A stretch of DNA of 64,000 nucleotides from Raillietiella orientalis (taxonomy: Eukaryota), in assembly GCA_036172245.1 (NCBI GenBank), contig JAYWIR010000019.1, positions 2,666,001 to 2,730,000 on the forward strand, given 5' to 3'. Numbering within the stretch: position 1 is the stretch's first letter; each line of letters begins with the position of its first letter. Below the pieces are notes generated by a model. That model was not told where the DNA came from. It ran no database searches and was given only the letters and a program-made list of their open reading frames with translations. The translations under genes and the position numbers were made by a program. This document shows, in pieces, positions 50,001 through 62,698 of this stretch.

Positions 50001-53000
50001 GAACTCTGAGAGAATAAAGATAAAAGATTCTTGAGCCACGATCCGACTAGCTTTCGTGGCAATTTTTTTTCTCTTTTTTTCACCTTTTCACCTTCAAAAC
50101 TTTTTTACTTTTAAAATTTTCTATTTTGATTAAGGAAAAAAAATTTTGGCCTTATTTACTGTTAGATGAGATGAAAGTGCTTACTGATACCATTTTATTT
50201 CCGGACGTGTACAGTCCTCTCCTATGGAGTCTTCAAGGACACATGGGGGATCCTTCCTCCTCCACAGTTTCGTTCGGTGATGTTTCAGAGTCTGCAAACG
50301 AAGAAACGGCAAGAATGTAGGTGCAAAATTAATAGAGACATTCTCGTTGCAGATCAATCGTTATTTCAGTCGAAATTTATTTTGGCACCTCCTTCGAACC
50401 GCGGCTGAACTGCAAGATCTCCTCCGCGTGAGAAAAGGCGCGATTCACATTTGGCAAGGAAAGAAAAGTCAGTTTTCCAAAAACTGGAACACGGAAGCAG
50501 CAAACGGATGTCCTCACCAGTTCCCTATGCGAGAGCTACACTTACAAGAGCGTAAGCTCGCCTCTCTATCCTAGGAAATCACCTTGATCTTCCGGAGGGG
50601 AAAGAGAGAGAGAAAACGAGCTCCCGCTACTGTGAACGTGGCGACCTCAAGTGCAGGTACCTTCCCTCAAAAAACCTTTGGAGCCATGCCGAACAATTCG
50701 ATGCACACTGACGTTTGATCTCGAGGTTATCTCGCAGTTTCTCGTGAAGATAAAGTGCTTTTAGTATCGCGCGATGCTGGGATCCTCGAGATTAGATCCC
50801 GGTAGCAAGAAGTACGCACAGCCTAGGTGTTGCATCCCGGGAAACACTGCTTCCAAGAGACAACAGATGATAAAGAAGATCGAATTAAATCAGATCTCTG
50901 AGACGCAGAACCTGGCGATGCGCACGCGCGTCAAAGCTCTGGTGGCTGCCACCTTACCCGTGTAAACACAGAGAGAGAGAGAGAGTTTGAGGCAGAACAA
51001 GTCCACGGGCAGGAAGGACAGTGAAGTCCTTGGCGTGAAGGAATGCGTGAAAGAAGTCCTCCCTCCTCTGCACCTGAAGTCACTGAAGAAGTTTGTCCTC
51101 AGCTTAACGATTTATGACTACTCTTGTTAAGACTTGTGGTTGCCTTTGAGCGCCGCCTTCGATATTCGCTAGTGCCGTTCCCTGGCAAGCTACACCACGC
51201 TGCTGAGGCGAAGCAGTGTGGAACAGGCGGCAAATTTCCTGCCGAACAAGCAGCAGCTTCGAAGTTATGATGCGCCTTTGGTATGACTCCAGAGTAAAAT
51301 TGGGAAAGACGGAAGGTTTCGGGCAATTTTGAAAGATGAGAACCCTGCATGCTCCTTTTCTCTGTGTACGTGCCGTTTGGTTCGAACAGCCATACACAGT
51401 CGTACGGAGCACACCGCGACCCGTTTCTTTCTTTCGCTTTTCCTTTTCTATTTCACAATCACGTTTTGGTCGGTTCTGAGCAGCAGAATTTTCATTTTCG
51501 TTTCGCATCTTTGATGCATTTGACCTCCCATGTTGATGCAGATGCTGCTTACGATTGCTGATTGGAAAGTAGACGTATTAAAAGTCCAGCATTTCAGACT
51601 GAAGGAGGAAATAGGGACCTCAGATGTTTGAAAAGTTCGCGGAAACATCTTTCATCCCGAGGTACTGGACATCCACTCAAAGAGCCTTCCAGGACCTTTT
51701 TGAAGGCAGAGGATGAAATGACGCATCCTCCATTAACGAACCGATCAAGGAGAGACTCAGTTATACAAATTTCCCGCGGACGTTTCCTAAAAGCACTGGA
51801 AACTTGAGCTTCTGGTTTGCGATGAGATCAAGTTTCTCTCCCTCTAAAGGAGCTTTTGTTTTCATCTAGAAAATCTCCTGGAGACCCCAAAATTCCCTGC
51901 ATCATTTGAGAGTTGCTTGCTGACTGCAAATTGTGAATTTCATTCAATTCGATTCGAGACAGGCGTTACTTCGGGAAGCCGCATCTGCAACTGCCAGCTG
52001 TGTGGTTCGCTTTAGCATTTAAAACAACAAGGAGAAATGGCAAACAGCTAAATGAATGGTAAATACCGAGACGAATGAGCCTAATCGAATGGGACGCAGA
52101 GGAAGCACGCGAGGGTCGAAGCAGAGACCCTGCTGTGATGATGAAGGACTGTTTCGGAAACCACGGTGAGGCTGCAACAGCGTTGCGCAATTCTTGTGCG
52201 AATTCCTCTCAATTCCGGTTCACGGTCTGGAGCAACTCGTGCTTCTGGATGCCAAATTTAAAAGTGGCAACACTTGGCTGTTTTGGCATGAAGCACCGTG
52301 ATTCGTGTTTATCAGCACTGGTGACGTACGGTAGCGGATTGAGAGAAGAGGCGTGCAGCCCGGTTGAACTGTGGGAGGAAAGCTGTATGTCTAAGAAAGG
52401 AGAATGGCGTATGGAGGATGCTAAGTAAACCGGAAGAGATAAATCAAAGAGACCGAATCTTTCGACTAATCAGGGATTCACCTCACGCCACAGCAAAATT
52501 TTTTGTGTGTTGTTCAGCACGAGCATTCATGTTTGCTGGTTGAATTCTCTTGAAATCCTCAAAGCCTGCACATCCTGCTGCTGTGCCATGTTCACTTGGT
52601 CTCTATGTGTCTCTCCTTTCAATCCAGTCACGGGGCAGCTGAAGGTTTGTGCGTCTTTGAAGGCGTCTCAAATGAGCTACGTTCAAGCTAAAGGTTGTTC
52701 CGGGTAGAGGAGAGATTCGCAACCTAACCGCGGGAGCTTGCTTGGAGCATCCGTCGTTTCCTCATTCGTGCCTTTTTGCCCGAGGGTTGCGGGTGCAGTG
52801 GCTGTTTTGAATATTCCAGAATTTCAGTGCCTCCTTTCGACTCGGAAATACCACCAGTCGATAGATCGGAACAGAAAGAACGAATACATTCTAATTTTGA
52901 TTTCCGCTTTCTACACATGAAAACAAGGAAAGGCTAAGTGTTCTTCCGGAAGAACGGAGGCAAACAGCCTCCTCGGAATCATTCTTCTGGAAAATTCCTC

Positions 53001-53634
53001 ATCATCTGACCAAGACCAACGTTGCTTAGTGGCAGGGAAAGTCATCCCAGAAAAGACACAAAATTGCCAGTTCGAAGGTGCAAGCGACCCGGAAGTTGGA
53101 TCTATAGTGGGATCCAACTTCCGGTGAAGCCGTGGGATTTCCTATCTTCATATCAAGCTACAAACACTGGCTACATCCTCCTCAGCCATGCGTACAGTTA
53201 ACCATCACGACAGGCCGTGGGATTCTTCTGTGGTGAGTTTCATTATCTCTTGGGGCTCGCTTTCATCAATGTCCAGGTGTCAGGAACCGTTTCTTCGACG
53301 AACGGGCTATCTCACCACTCGTGTCCTTAAGGAGATTGCAAAGGACCAGCTGGACCAAGGACCATTCCAAGCGGAGAATCAAGTGGAGTGCACAGGCAGC
53401 TTCATAAACATCCGCAAGTGAAGTTTAATGAGAGCAGAACAGTCATCATTATCTTTCCATTCCCCGAACCAACTCTGATACCGCGGTGAGGTATCCCCTG
53501 GATGATGACGTCCAAATGCTGATTCCGGTTAGCTCCTTTTGCTTGCTCCAATGTGGTATATCTTGGTGTATTGCAGATCCCCATCGAGTACAGACTGCAT
53601 TACGTGTGTACCAGTGATCTTGATCCAAAGCGTC

Positions 53635-54460
53635 GTTCATTTCACGTTTCTTCCGTGTGATTCCTGCAATGATTCCAGGGCTGTTCCTGTCGATTTCCGC
53701 GTAAGGCTCCGGCAGTTGCTTTTTGTTTCTCTGTCAGCCGATCAGGTATCTTGACCTCGATGGTCACATTGCGATCTCCGCATCCACATCACCTTCTTCA
53801 CATCTTTTCCAGCTGAGAAATTTTTTTTTGCATGCGATGAAATTTTGCCCGCAGGAATCTGAATGCCAGCATTTTCGCAGGTGCCCTGGATGCGGATGCT
53901 TGAGATGAGCTTGAGATGAACCAATTGGTTCATTAGAATGAATAGCAGCTCCTCCTCCTTGGAAGTTCTTTCCTGCCTACTTGCACACGCATGGTCTGGC
54001 TACCCTCCACACCAGCAGCTGCAGGAACTGCAACTGTTTCACGTTCACTGTTTGTCCCTTTCCCCCACATCGGAGCACATGTGGACGTTCAACAAACAAG
54101 CCAGAACTCATACTCTGGAGCGTACACGTGCCGCGCATCATAAATGGATCAGTAGATGCTGCACTGTCTCCATGCCAGAACCACCGCAGACATCACAACG
54201 TGCGTCTTGTGCCCTGGTTCTGAACGAGCGCCAGGACGTTTCGGGCATATGTCAGCAGCAGCATGGAAAGAAAACCTGCAGATTCGCACCTCGGGCATCT
54301 TCTGCATGAAAGTCGGGTTGACTTCCATCTCTTTCGCAGCGCCAGATCCAGACCGCGATTCTGCAGGAATCGCCTTCGAAACGAGGAAGGTCTTTCTTGA
54401 AATTCCCAAAATATTTTTGGGGAAACATCGACGAAATCCGGAGCTCGAAGAAAGAAAGCC
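53635..54460 (-). pseudogene. DNAJA3: DNAJA3/Tid1 (tumorous imaginal discs) processed pseudogene fragment
   Basis: Collinear, frameshifted peptides with no evident introns: 'AESRSGSGAAKEMEVNPTF', 'DICPKRPGARSEPG', 'RCDVCGGSGMETV', 'STDPFMMRGTC', 'CGGKGQTV', 'VPAAAGVEGSQTMRVQVGRKE', 'GDRNVTIEVKIPDRLTEKQKQLPEPYAEIDRNSPGIIAGIT'. No J domain seen. Confidence 0.85.
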
Positions 54461-54648
54461 CTTCTTCTCAGCAGGAAGTAAGCGGTAAGGGAAGGAAGGG
54501 GAAACGCACGGGAACAAACGACAAAACGCCCACGACAAGAGCGGAAGCTCGAAAGCGAAATTCGATCTTCCCGGAGGATTTTCCTTCGGGCATTCGTCAC
54601 TTCCACCTTCATCGAAATGAGAGGGAAAGGGGAAGAAGGGGCGAACTT

Positions 54649-57600
54649 TCACTTACTCAGTAGCTGTAGAATCTCCTCCCTATCCAGGAGTTTGGCTAAA
54701 TCTCTGGACGTGTGCCCGTAAATGTTGGGGATGCTGGGATCAGCTCCATTCTTGAGGAGATAGGCCACGCACTCCTTCTGATTGCTCTCCACCGCCTGCA
54801 ACAATGGGAGGAAGTGAAAATCCCGACGCGTGCGCAGACCGCGCGGATGGAAGCGAAAGCGCACAGGCGAGTGGGCTCGCAGGAAAGCACGAGGTTTCCC
54901 CATAAGAGGAGTCAGGAGGCCGTGCAACAGGAGCAGCGGAAGAAAGAACCGACTCTTCATTCGGGAGTTTCAGGAGCGCGGGATGGAATCTGCGGCGGGG
55001 GGAAAAAGATGAAGGGAAAGAGAGAGGTGGGAGGGAGACCGGCGGCTATGGAGTTTCACGATCTCGCGTTAAGTGGATGCCATCCAGGCGAAGAACCCAA
55101 CCTCGAAGCAGCAGGAATAGGGGGGAGGGGGAGCAACAGAGCACGAAGACGTTCTTTTGCTCCCCTCGGTAGCGGCGGCCGGATGATGCCGGGAGCGACA
55201 ACACCAAGAAAAAAAAAGCGAAAGACCTTGTGCAGCGGCGTTTCCCCGCTAAGGTTCTTCTGGGACAGGTCGAAGTCAGCCATCCGATAAGCCTCGATTT
55301 TGGGCACGTCACCGACAGCAGCAGCTGTGCAGACGATCTCGCTGGAGTACTGAGGGTTCTGGTGCAGATGCGCGCCGTTGTCGACCAGCACCTTTATGAT
55401 GGCCATATGGAGTTTGTCGATGGCGTAGTTGAGCGCTGACTTTTTGTTCCTGGAGGAGAAGAGGACTTTGGATTATGTCTCTTCCGCGCCTGCCGTCTTG
55501 CTTGTCGCGTCTGTGGACGTTGATGCCCCTTTTCAGCAGAAACTTGACCAGCGACAGGTTGCCGTCGAGGCAGGCAACGTGCAGAGTCGTTCGCCCGGCA
55601 TAATCACTGGAGTTGATGTCGGCTCCCTGAAATCGCAAACTCTCCGCTCCCGTTCTCCACGCAGGGGACCCACGTTTTCAAGAAGTGTTTTGATTCCCGA
55701 GATATCGTTCAGGGATGCACAGGAGCACAGGAGAGAGGGAACGAGAGAATCGTGGAGTCTCTCCGCTTCCTCCTTGCTGCACAGACCCAGCCCATCGGCG
55801 ATAGCATCCATGAGGCTCCCGGTGCCACGGAAAATTTCAGGAGTATGGGTCAGCTCGCCTCGGAGGTTGTTCTGCAGCATTTTTTGGCGCTGCTTGAAGT
55901 CGAGGTCCGTTAACGAGAGAACGTAGCTGAGCTTGGTGAGAGCGGCTTCTGGGGTCATGTCGTAACCACAGATGACTCCTATGCGCTCCAGTATCTTCCC
56001 GGTGGCGTATTCCGGATTTACCGAGCCTTCGGCGCACTGAGTGATGTTCAAGATCATGACCCCCCGTTTGATGGCGTTCTCCAGCTCTTCGATGAGGTCA
56101 GTGCGATTTGCCGGGTAATTCCCAGCTCCGAAAGTCTGCAGGGTGACACCCTCGATGGGAGCTTGCAGGAAGTTGGCGATCTGGTTGCGGCGGAAAGTGA
56201 AAAACTTTCTCCACTCGCCCAGATTACCCACATACAGTTTGCCGTGTGATGCTGGGGAAAAGCCGCAAGAGAGTGACGTTTCTGTTCAGCACACCATGGA
56301 AATTGAATCTTTCCACCACAGAAGGTTGGAAGAAGATCCGCTGGTTCACTAGGGGGTGTTTCAAAACGAGAACTTTTAACATCAACAACAACAGAAAAAA
56401 AAAAAAAAATGGAGGTCATCATCAGTTAGTCACCTTTGATGTCTATTCCCACTTCTGCCAAAGGCGGCAGGTTTGGCGAGTTGAAGGCTCTGAAGGACTG
56501 GCAGCTGATCTTTGTGGTTCGGTTTCCTCTGAATAACTTGTTGTTGAAGAAAACGGTCACTTCCGGAATCGTGTATTGTCCTGCAAATATCAGTGCTCCC
56601 AGGAAGTTCTCGGCGCCATCCGTCCGGCTTTCGAAAATCGGGATCTAAAAGAAGTCCGTTCATCCGTCAGCAATTCGTCTCACGCTGGATTTATCTAATA
56701 CGAAATTCGTTCCTAAGATTGCAAGTTAAATGGAAAGACTCCAACCTTCAGAGTTGGCAATGCAAAATCTTTTGAACTTCCTACAGCGACGACTTGTATC
56801 CGCAAATCGTAAAGAACTTTATCCTCAGAATGCGAGCTGGTATCCTGGATACCTCTCTAGAGATTCATTATCCGTTTAGAACCCTCTCAACCAGACTCCC
56901 TCCCCAACAGTAAGGAACCCTGCAACATCATCTCATTACTGCTCACGCCCTAACCACAATCTTCTTCTTAGCGATAGAAAGTACCTTATCGAAGGTTCTT
57001 TTGAACTCCTTTTGCGTCTTCTTCTTGAACTCGCAGAGTCGGCTTTTCATCCTTCTCACTTTCTACCTACTTCCTTGAGATGTTTCGCTTCCCCCTCGAA
57101 GATGGATGCATTCCGAAATAGGGATCGGATGAAATATGGACGCAGGGCCGAATGCGCGCCTTAATAATACGGGCCATGCTAACTTTAGCACTGAGAACCG
57201 AAAATGTATAAATATCAAGAACCACTTTTTACCAAGAATTTCCCGTCTAGTGAGTGTCATCTTCATACATATCAACTCGTGTTACAGTACAGATGCGTGC
57301 TCTAAAACTCCTTCCGTAGAGAGCAGCCGAATTGGCTTCCACGAAATAAATGTGCGCCGAGTTCGCTTTTACTTTGTGGGGATCATAATAGGTCTTACTC
57401 TGTTCCCATGCAACTCGGAGATGCATATCTAATTCTACTCTGGGAATCCCACTGGTTCACTTCCTCCCTCGCTTTCGTTTGGTACAAACACGTTGTACCA
57501 AACCTGTAACATTGCTCGCACCTCCGAGAAATGGAGATTCTATTCCGTGAGAAAAAGGCCTTCAAGAGAACTGAAGGAAAACGAAAGTGCGGGCAGAGAA

Positions 57601-59060
57601 CAACGCAGCGCTGTGCAAGTGGATTTGGTACAGTACGGTTTGATCCGGGTCGGTTGCACAACGACTTTAAGGAATTCCAGAAAAAGAAAAAAAAAAAAAG
57701 CATCAGCGTGTATCAGAACCTCTTTTGAGATCCTTTTCCTGCATCTGAAGCCGCAAATCAACCTCGACCGAAACTCATACGCCCTCCAAGGGCATATACT
57801 AGAGAGAAACCCTTTTTGCCGAAAAGATTTCATATCTCTTTAACCTCTCGGAAAGATTAGAAACAAACGCTGTTCGGATGCCTTAACGGCTGTTGTTGGT
57901 CAGAAGTAACTCGTAATGAGAGAGTCAGCGAGGAGAAAGCGTTGCGTAGCGCTTCTCAGAGATCTTGTTTCACGGACAACGTTGCTGTTTGCACCAGATG
58001 ATTAACTCGAGAATAATGACAGAAAAAAGCTCAGAGTAGCGGGGATAATCCAATCACCTGACGGTTTCATTACCTGGGATCCAGTGAGCACCACTGTCTT
58101 GCTGAGATTTTCGAACATAAAACTCAACGCAGACGCTGTGTACGCTAAAGTGTCCGTCCCATGCAGTATGACGAATCCATCGAAAGAGTCGTATGCATCC
58201 TAGAAATGTACACGTCTTTAATAGAGTCCTCAGGCAAAGCCTTCGGTCTTAAGAAGAAAAAAGAATCAAAAGAAAAATTCACTTTTATGTCGGCTGCAAT
58301 GTGAATCCAGTCATCAAAAGTTTGATTGCTGGAGTCCAGCAGAGGATGGTACTCGACAATTGTGTACAGGATGCGCTTTTTGGATTTTGGATTCTGAGCT
58401 CTGGGAAAGAAGGAAGCGAGCTCAGTACACGGAAGACACACTTGGATTCACGAATAACGCTTGACCTAGCAGACCATCTCAGTGACACTGAGTTATAACA
58501 CAAAGAACATACGAGCCAGTCATGATAGTTAATACAAGATCACGAGTGATTATTCAACAGCTTAACACAAAGTGTGGACTTACGGCAGTACTAATGGAAG
58601 CCCCTCCTTGAGCATCAACCCGTAGAGATTCTCCAAGTATTTTGTATCGTGGAACTGAGGGAAGATTCGCAGGGTTTCATGAAGCTGATTCGGCGCAGGC
58701 ACCAAAACTAAGGAAATTCAGTTAACACAAATGGGGCTGATGGAAGAACGACACGAGGTGAAGCGGAATCCTCCACATAAAAGCATTGGAACTGAGAGCA
58801 TTGGACCAGCTAAGGGCATGAAGCAACAATCTTAATTTTTTCTCACCCCCTTCATCGTTTCGGAGCATTCCGATCGTTCCACCAGTGTAAAGGACAAGTA
58901 CTCGGGATTCATGGCTCCAGTTTATTGCGGCATCCAAACTGTTGTTTCTTCTTACGTTTTTCGGAACGTAACAGGGGTCGAGTTGACGCCAGTTTCTTTC
59001 TTTTCCTAGAACGTTAATGCACGAAGAGCGATGCTTTAAACCATCTTTGATTTCAGACAT
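54649..59060 (-). CDS. ASPG: L-asparaginase / 60-kDa lysophospholipase with C-terminal ankyrin repeats
   Basis: Exons ~59060-58847 ([12 protein letters not shown]), 58708-58584, ~58400-58284 (YHPLLDSSN), 58200-58074 ([26 protein letters not shown]), ~56645-56434 ([11 protein letters not shown]), ~56349-56237, ~56180-55674 ([24 protein letters not shown]), ankyrin exons ~55627-55502, 55449-55227 and ~54797-54649. Confidence 0.95.
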
Positions 59061-62000
59061 TTTTTTCGAATGTGGTTCACGCATGCGCGCCTGCCATCGA
59101 TTAGTTAACTGCACTGGTATCTCTGAATGACTGATATTTCTGATGTTTAGCTTCTGAGACTTGTGTTTGCTGACGTACTCACTTAAAATATGCCACAGAT
59201 ATTCTCAGACGACTTGAGGGACGGAACCTTGTTTTAGCCTTTCAGGATCGACAAACGGCGAAATCTGAATAAGCGCTTGTCATTTAGGAAACCCCCCCCC
59301 CGCCCTCCTCTCCCCCCCCCCAAAAAAAAAAGAAAAACGCATCTCATCTCAGTGAGAGTGTACTCAATGCAATAAGGATAATGCCTAAAGAGTAGATTCT
59401 TATAATCATGTATTACCTGTTATCAAAATACTCCTGTTCTCGTTCAATAGATCAAAATAATCCAAATAGTTATCTAAAGCAATTTTCTGCTGCATTACTT
59501 TACAGAAAACAAAGAATATTTTCCATTGAAAAGCTAAATTACTATCAGTAGAAATGACAATACATGTAGAAATGACTGAAGAAATCGTAAACGACTACAT
59601 CACTAAACAGATGAGCTGAAGGATTCTATCATAAAAAAAGATTAATTAACTATTATTAAACCCAAAAGGAATTCACTATTTTTGCAAAAAGCTTTTCTAC
59701 TAAGGAAGAAAGGGGTACAAAATGCTCGCCATGTTTTTCAAATCTTGCATCCTGGAATTCTATGCTGATTCGTTATCTGACACCGACATATCAAGCTGCA
59801 AGACTGATTAACAAGGAAGAAACGAGATCCATAATGCATTTTCAATTCATTAGCTTCACTAGAAATTTTAAAAGTGGAACCAATCAAAGTAAATGCGAAT
59901 AAAATCCCACACTTTCATTTGAATATTGCCAGAACATTTGATATCAATGTAGATATTTATTTAGTAACATTAAAAAGTTTCATATTTTCTTAGCTTTAAA
60001 AAAATAACCCCAAGTGTCATCTATAAATTAAAATAACAACTGAATCAATATCCAAAGTGTTTCGGAAACTCGAAAAATTCAGTAAGCAGAACTCAGACGA
60101 TGGATTATGGATCAGCATGATGATTCACGATACCATCATTGCATTTCTTTCAATAATTCAGATTAATTCAACGACCACGTTTAACCTTAACTAATGATAA
60201 CATTATCGCAGGGGCTACATGTGGATACGTCGGAAGTTTTTCCAGTTTTAACTTACATGAAGACATGAAGATAGAGCAAATGCTACATTTTCCATTAAAG
60301 GATAGAACAAAGCTCGACCGTTAATGATATAAAATCCAAGATGCCAGAAAAAACAAATGTGCCAGCGAATGGCATTGTGTCTGTAGTCAGAAAATCTTTG
60401 AGATGGGAATTAGTTTTTTCATGAACAGTCTCATAACCAAAACAACAGTAGCTAATTCATGCCAAACAAGGAGAACATAATGCTCATAAAAGAAATCAGC
60501 TTGTCCTCGATTTCCCTTGCTTTGTCAAGGATGGCTGGAAATTGAGCAGCAAACACCTTCCAGCACTTACATTCTTTCTATGGGGTTCGGCTAGATGAGG
60601 AAATAAACGTTTTATAAATTTTCTGATTACTTTTTGGTATTATTAACTGAAGATTTCATATTTTGATGAATAGTATGTTAACAGTCGTAGAGTTTAGGAA
60701 ATCAAACTAAAGCAATAGTTTTGCCGAGTCAAAGCACTGTTTCCTCCTCCAACTTTTAGATAAAATTCCCTTGCAAGATCTATCTTATAGGACTTTCTTT
60801 ACTAGTAATTATCAAGGAGCTATCTAGACTGTTTTTCGAATTCCATAACTAACTTTGTAAATCATCACTTTGTTTCTCCACAATGGGAGCGTAGCGTAGA
60901 TTCAAGGATTTAGCTATGGATTTCCATAACTGTAGATAGAAATGCTTAAACAATCTTTTATGAAAATTGTCAGTGTTTCTTCAATGTATTCATCATGTGA
61001 TTGGCAATATTCCGCAAACACTGGTCAATAAATTGGTCTCTTCAGTGTTTCGTAATATTATGGTGTGCGATATCATGATATACGAAAATGTGCTACTGTA
61101 AAACTAATTCTTAACTACATCCGTTAATGTTTTAGAACTCTTCTTAAGGAATGAAAAACGCTTTTCATATCTGTAAAACGGAATGACTCCAAAAGATCAA
61201 TTGAAGAATTTTGATAAGAAAACCTTTGCAACTTCGAAGAATTTTTACGCTTTCATGTTTAGGATATCATTCTGCTAACGTTACCACAGACCACTCGAAA
61301 ACTTTTTCGAACAAAAGTGCAATCATTCTAGCTGATTTCTCAGAAATACATTCTATTAAAATTGTAGTTGCTTTAGTCCCTAAATGCTTAAGGTCGAAAC
61401 AAAGATAATTCTTTGAAACTTGAAATCTTAGCGCACGATAACCAAGCTCATCAAGTTACACTTTTACACTCTTACATTATACTCCCATTAATGAAATAGA
61501 TAATTTCTGGTTTTTAACTTCATAAACTACAGGATAACTTAGAGGAAAAAAGAAAGAAAATAACAGTTTTGTTTTTTTGAAAAGTACTGATTTTCAGATT
61601 TTGTTATCTTACCATTTGTCAACGTCAAGATGAAGAAAATTACTATTCCACTGTGTGTACGGCTTATTCTAGTCTTTTTATTGCATTTATTTCTTTAAGT
61701 CTAGTATACAAATACAAATTATCTATTTCCTACTTTGTAATCGATTTCTTAAAATATCAACGTATTATTAATTTCTTCATGGAATACTTGTTAATAACAA
61801 TGTTCTTTCTAAACATATAATTCAATGCTTGATTAGAATAATATTTTAGTGTTCGAACTATTGTATGAGTTAAAAGTCGTATGTATTCTAAAATCGCGAA
61901 TGAACAATGTACAAAACCCTGAAAAGCTTATAAGGCTATGCTGCTTTTCTTTGCATGGTATCTTTGTTGGCGGTTGGACGTGTGTACAAAAAACCTTTAT

Positions 62001-62464
62001 TTACAAGCGCATTCAAATAATACTTTAGTTACAATGACTTCTAAACGATTTCCGGTTCATCAAAACATATTCTCAGTTTTGCCATTATCATGGAAATACT
62101 TGTGATAAAGAAATTTCAAGAAATGCCTCGATTTATTCCATAATTTTTCTGTATGCCATACGTATGGATGATGTAAACTCGTTATCCGTATGTAAGATTC
62201 TTGTGAATAAATATCTTATTATTCATCGTGTTTATTGTGGGGAACAATAAAAAACGTTTCCATTTTTCTAGGACTAAAAAAAGTCTCTTCATGTTTGAAG
62301 CCACAATTTGAAGTGGTTCTTATGTAATTTATGCTACTGGTATGCATCAAAAATATACAGAAATACATAGATTCCAATTATTTATAGTCTTAAAGGTGGA
62401 AAAGGTGAATCAGCTTGTTTCCATGACAATTTGGAATAAGGTGCTGCTAAAGTTTATTTGAAAA

Positions 62465-62698
62465 ATGCCCAAGAAGAGTTCAGACAATGTGAACAACAAG
62501 ATCCCTAAGCGGAATAACAATAATAATAAACATAAGTTGCCAGTTCCCCTTCCAAATGGTTTAATATTAACGGATATTACTAAACGGCAATGGAAGTTAG
62601 GAAAAAGCATAGGTGTTGGGGGATTTGGCGAGATTTATTTAGTAACGGACAATGTGTCGACTGTTGTAGGTGCTGATGCCCCATTTGTTGTAAAAATT
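62465..62698 (+). CDS. VRK1: Vaccinia-related kinase (VRK1/ballchen-like), first coding exon; gene continues beyond the window
   Basis: [31 protein letters not shown]...FVVKI followed by donor GTGAGT at 62699. Confidence 0.88.

Noticed and set aside
51600..51790. Weak resemblance to actin-related (QMFEKF, IKERLSY) or RPLP0 (FHPEVLDI) peptides
   Set aside because: Matches are short, in different frames and wrongly spaced; not supportable without a search.
52980..53030. Lipoxygenase-like 'WSDDEEFSR' motif
   Set aside because: Isolated; the following LxGxNP motif and catalytic His motifs are absent.
59900..61450. Protein-like fragments between ASPG and VRK
   Set aside because: Stops in all frames; no recognisable motif, TIR or consistent splice pattern.
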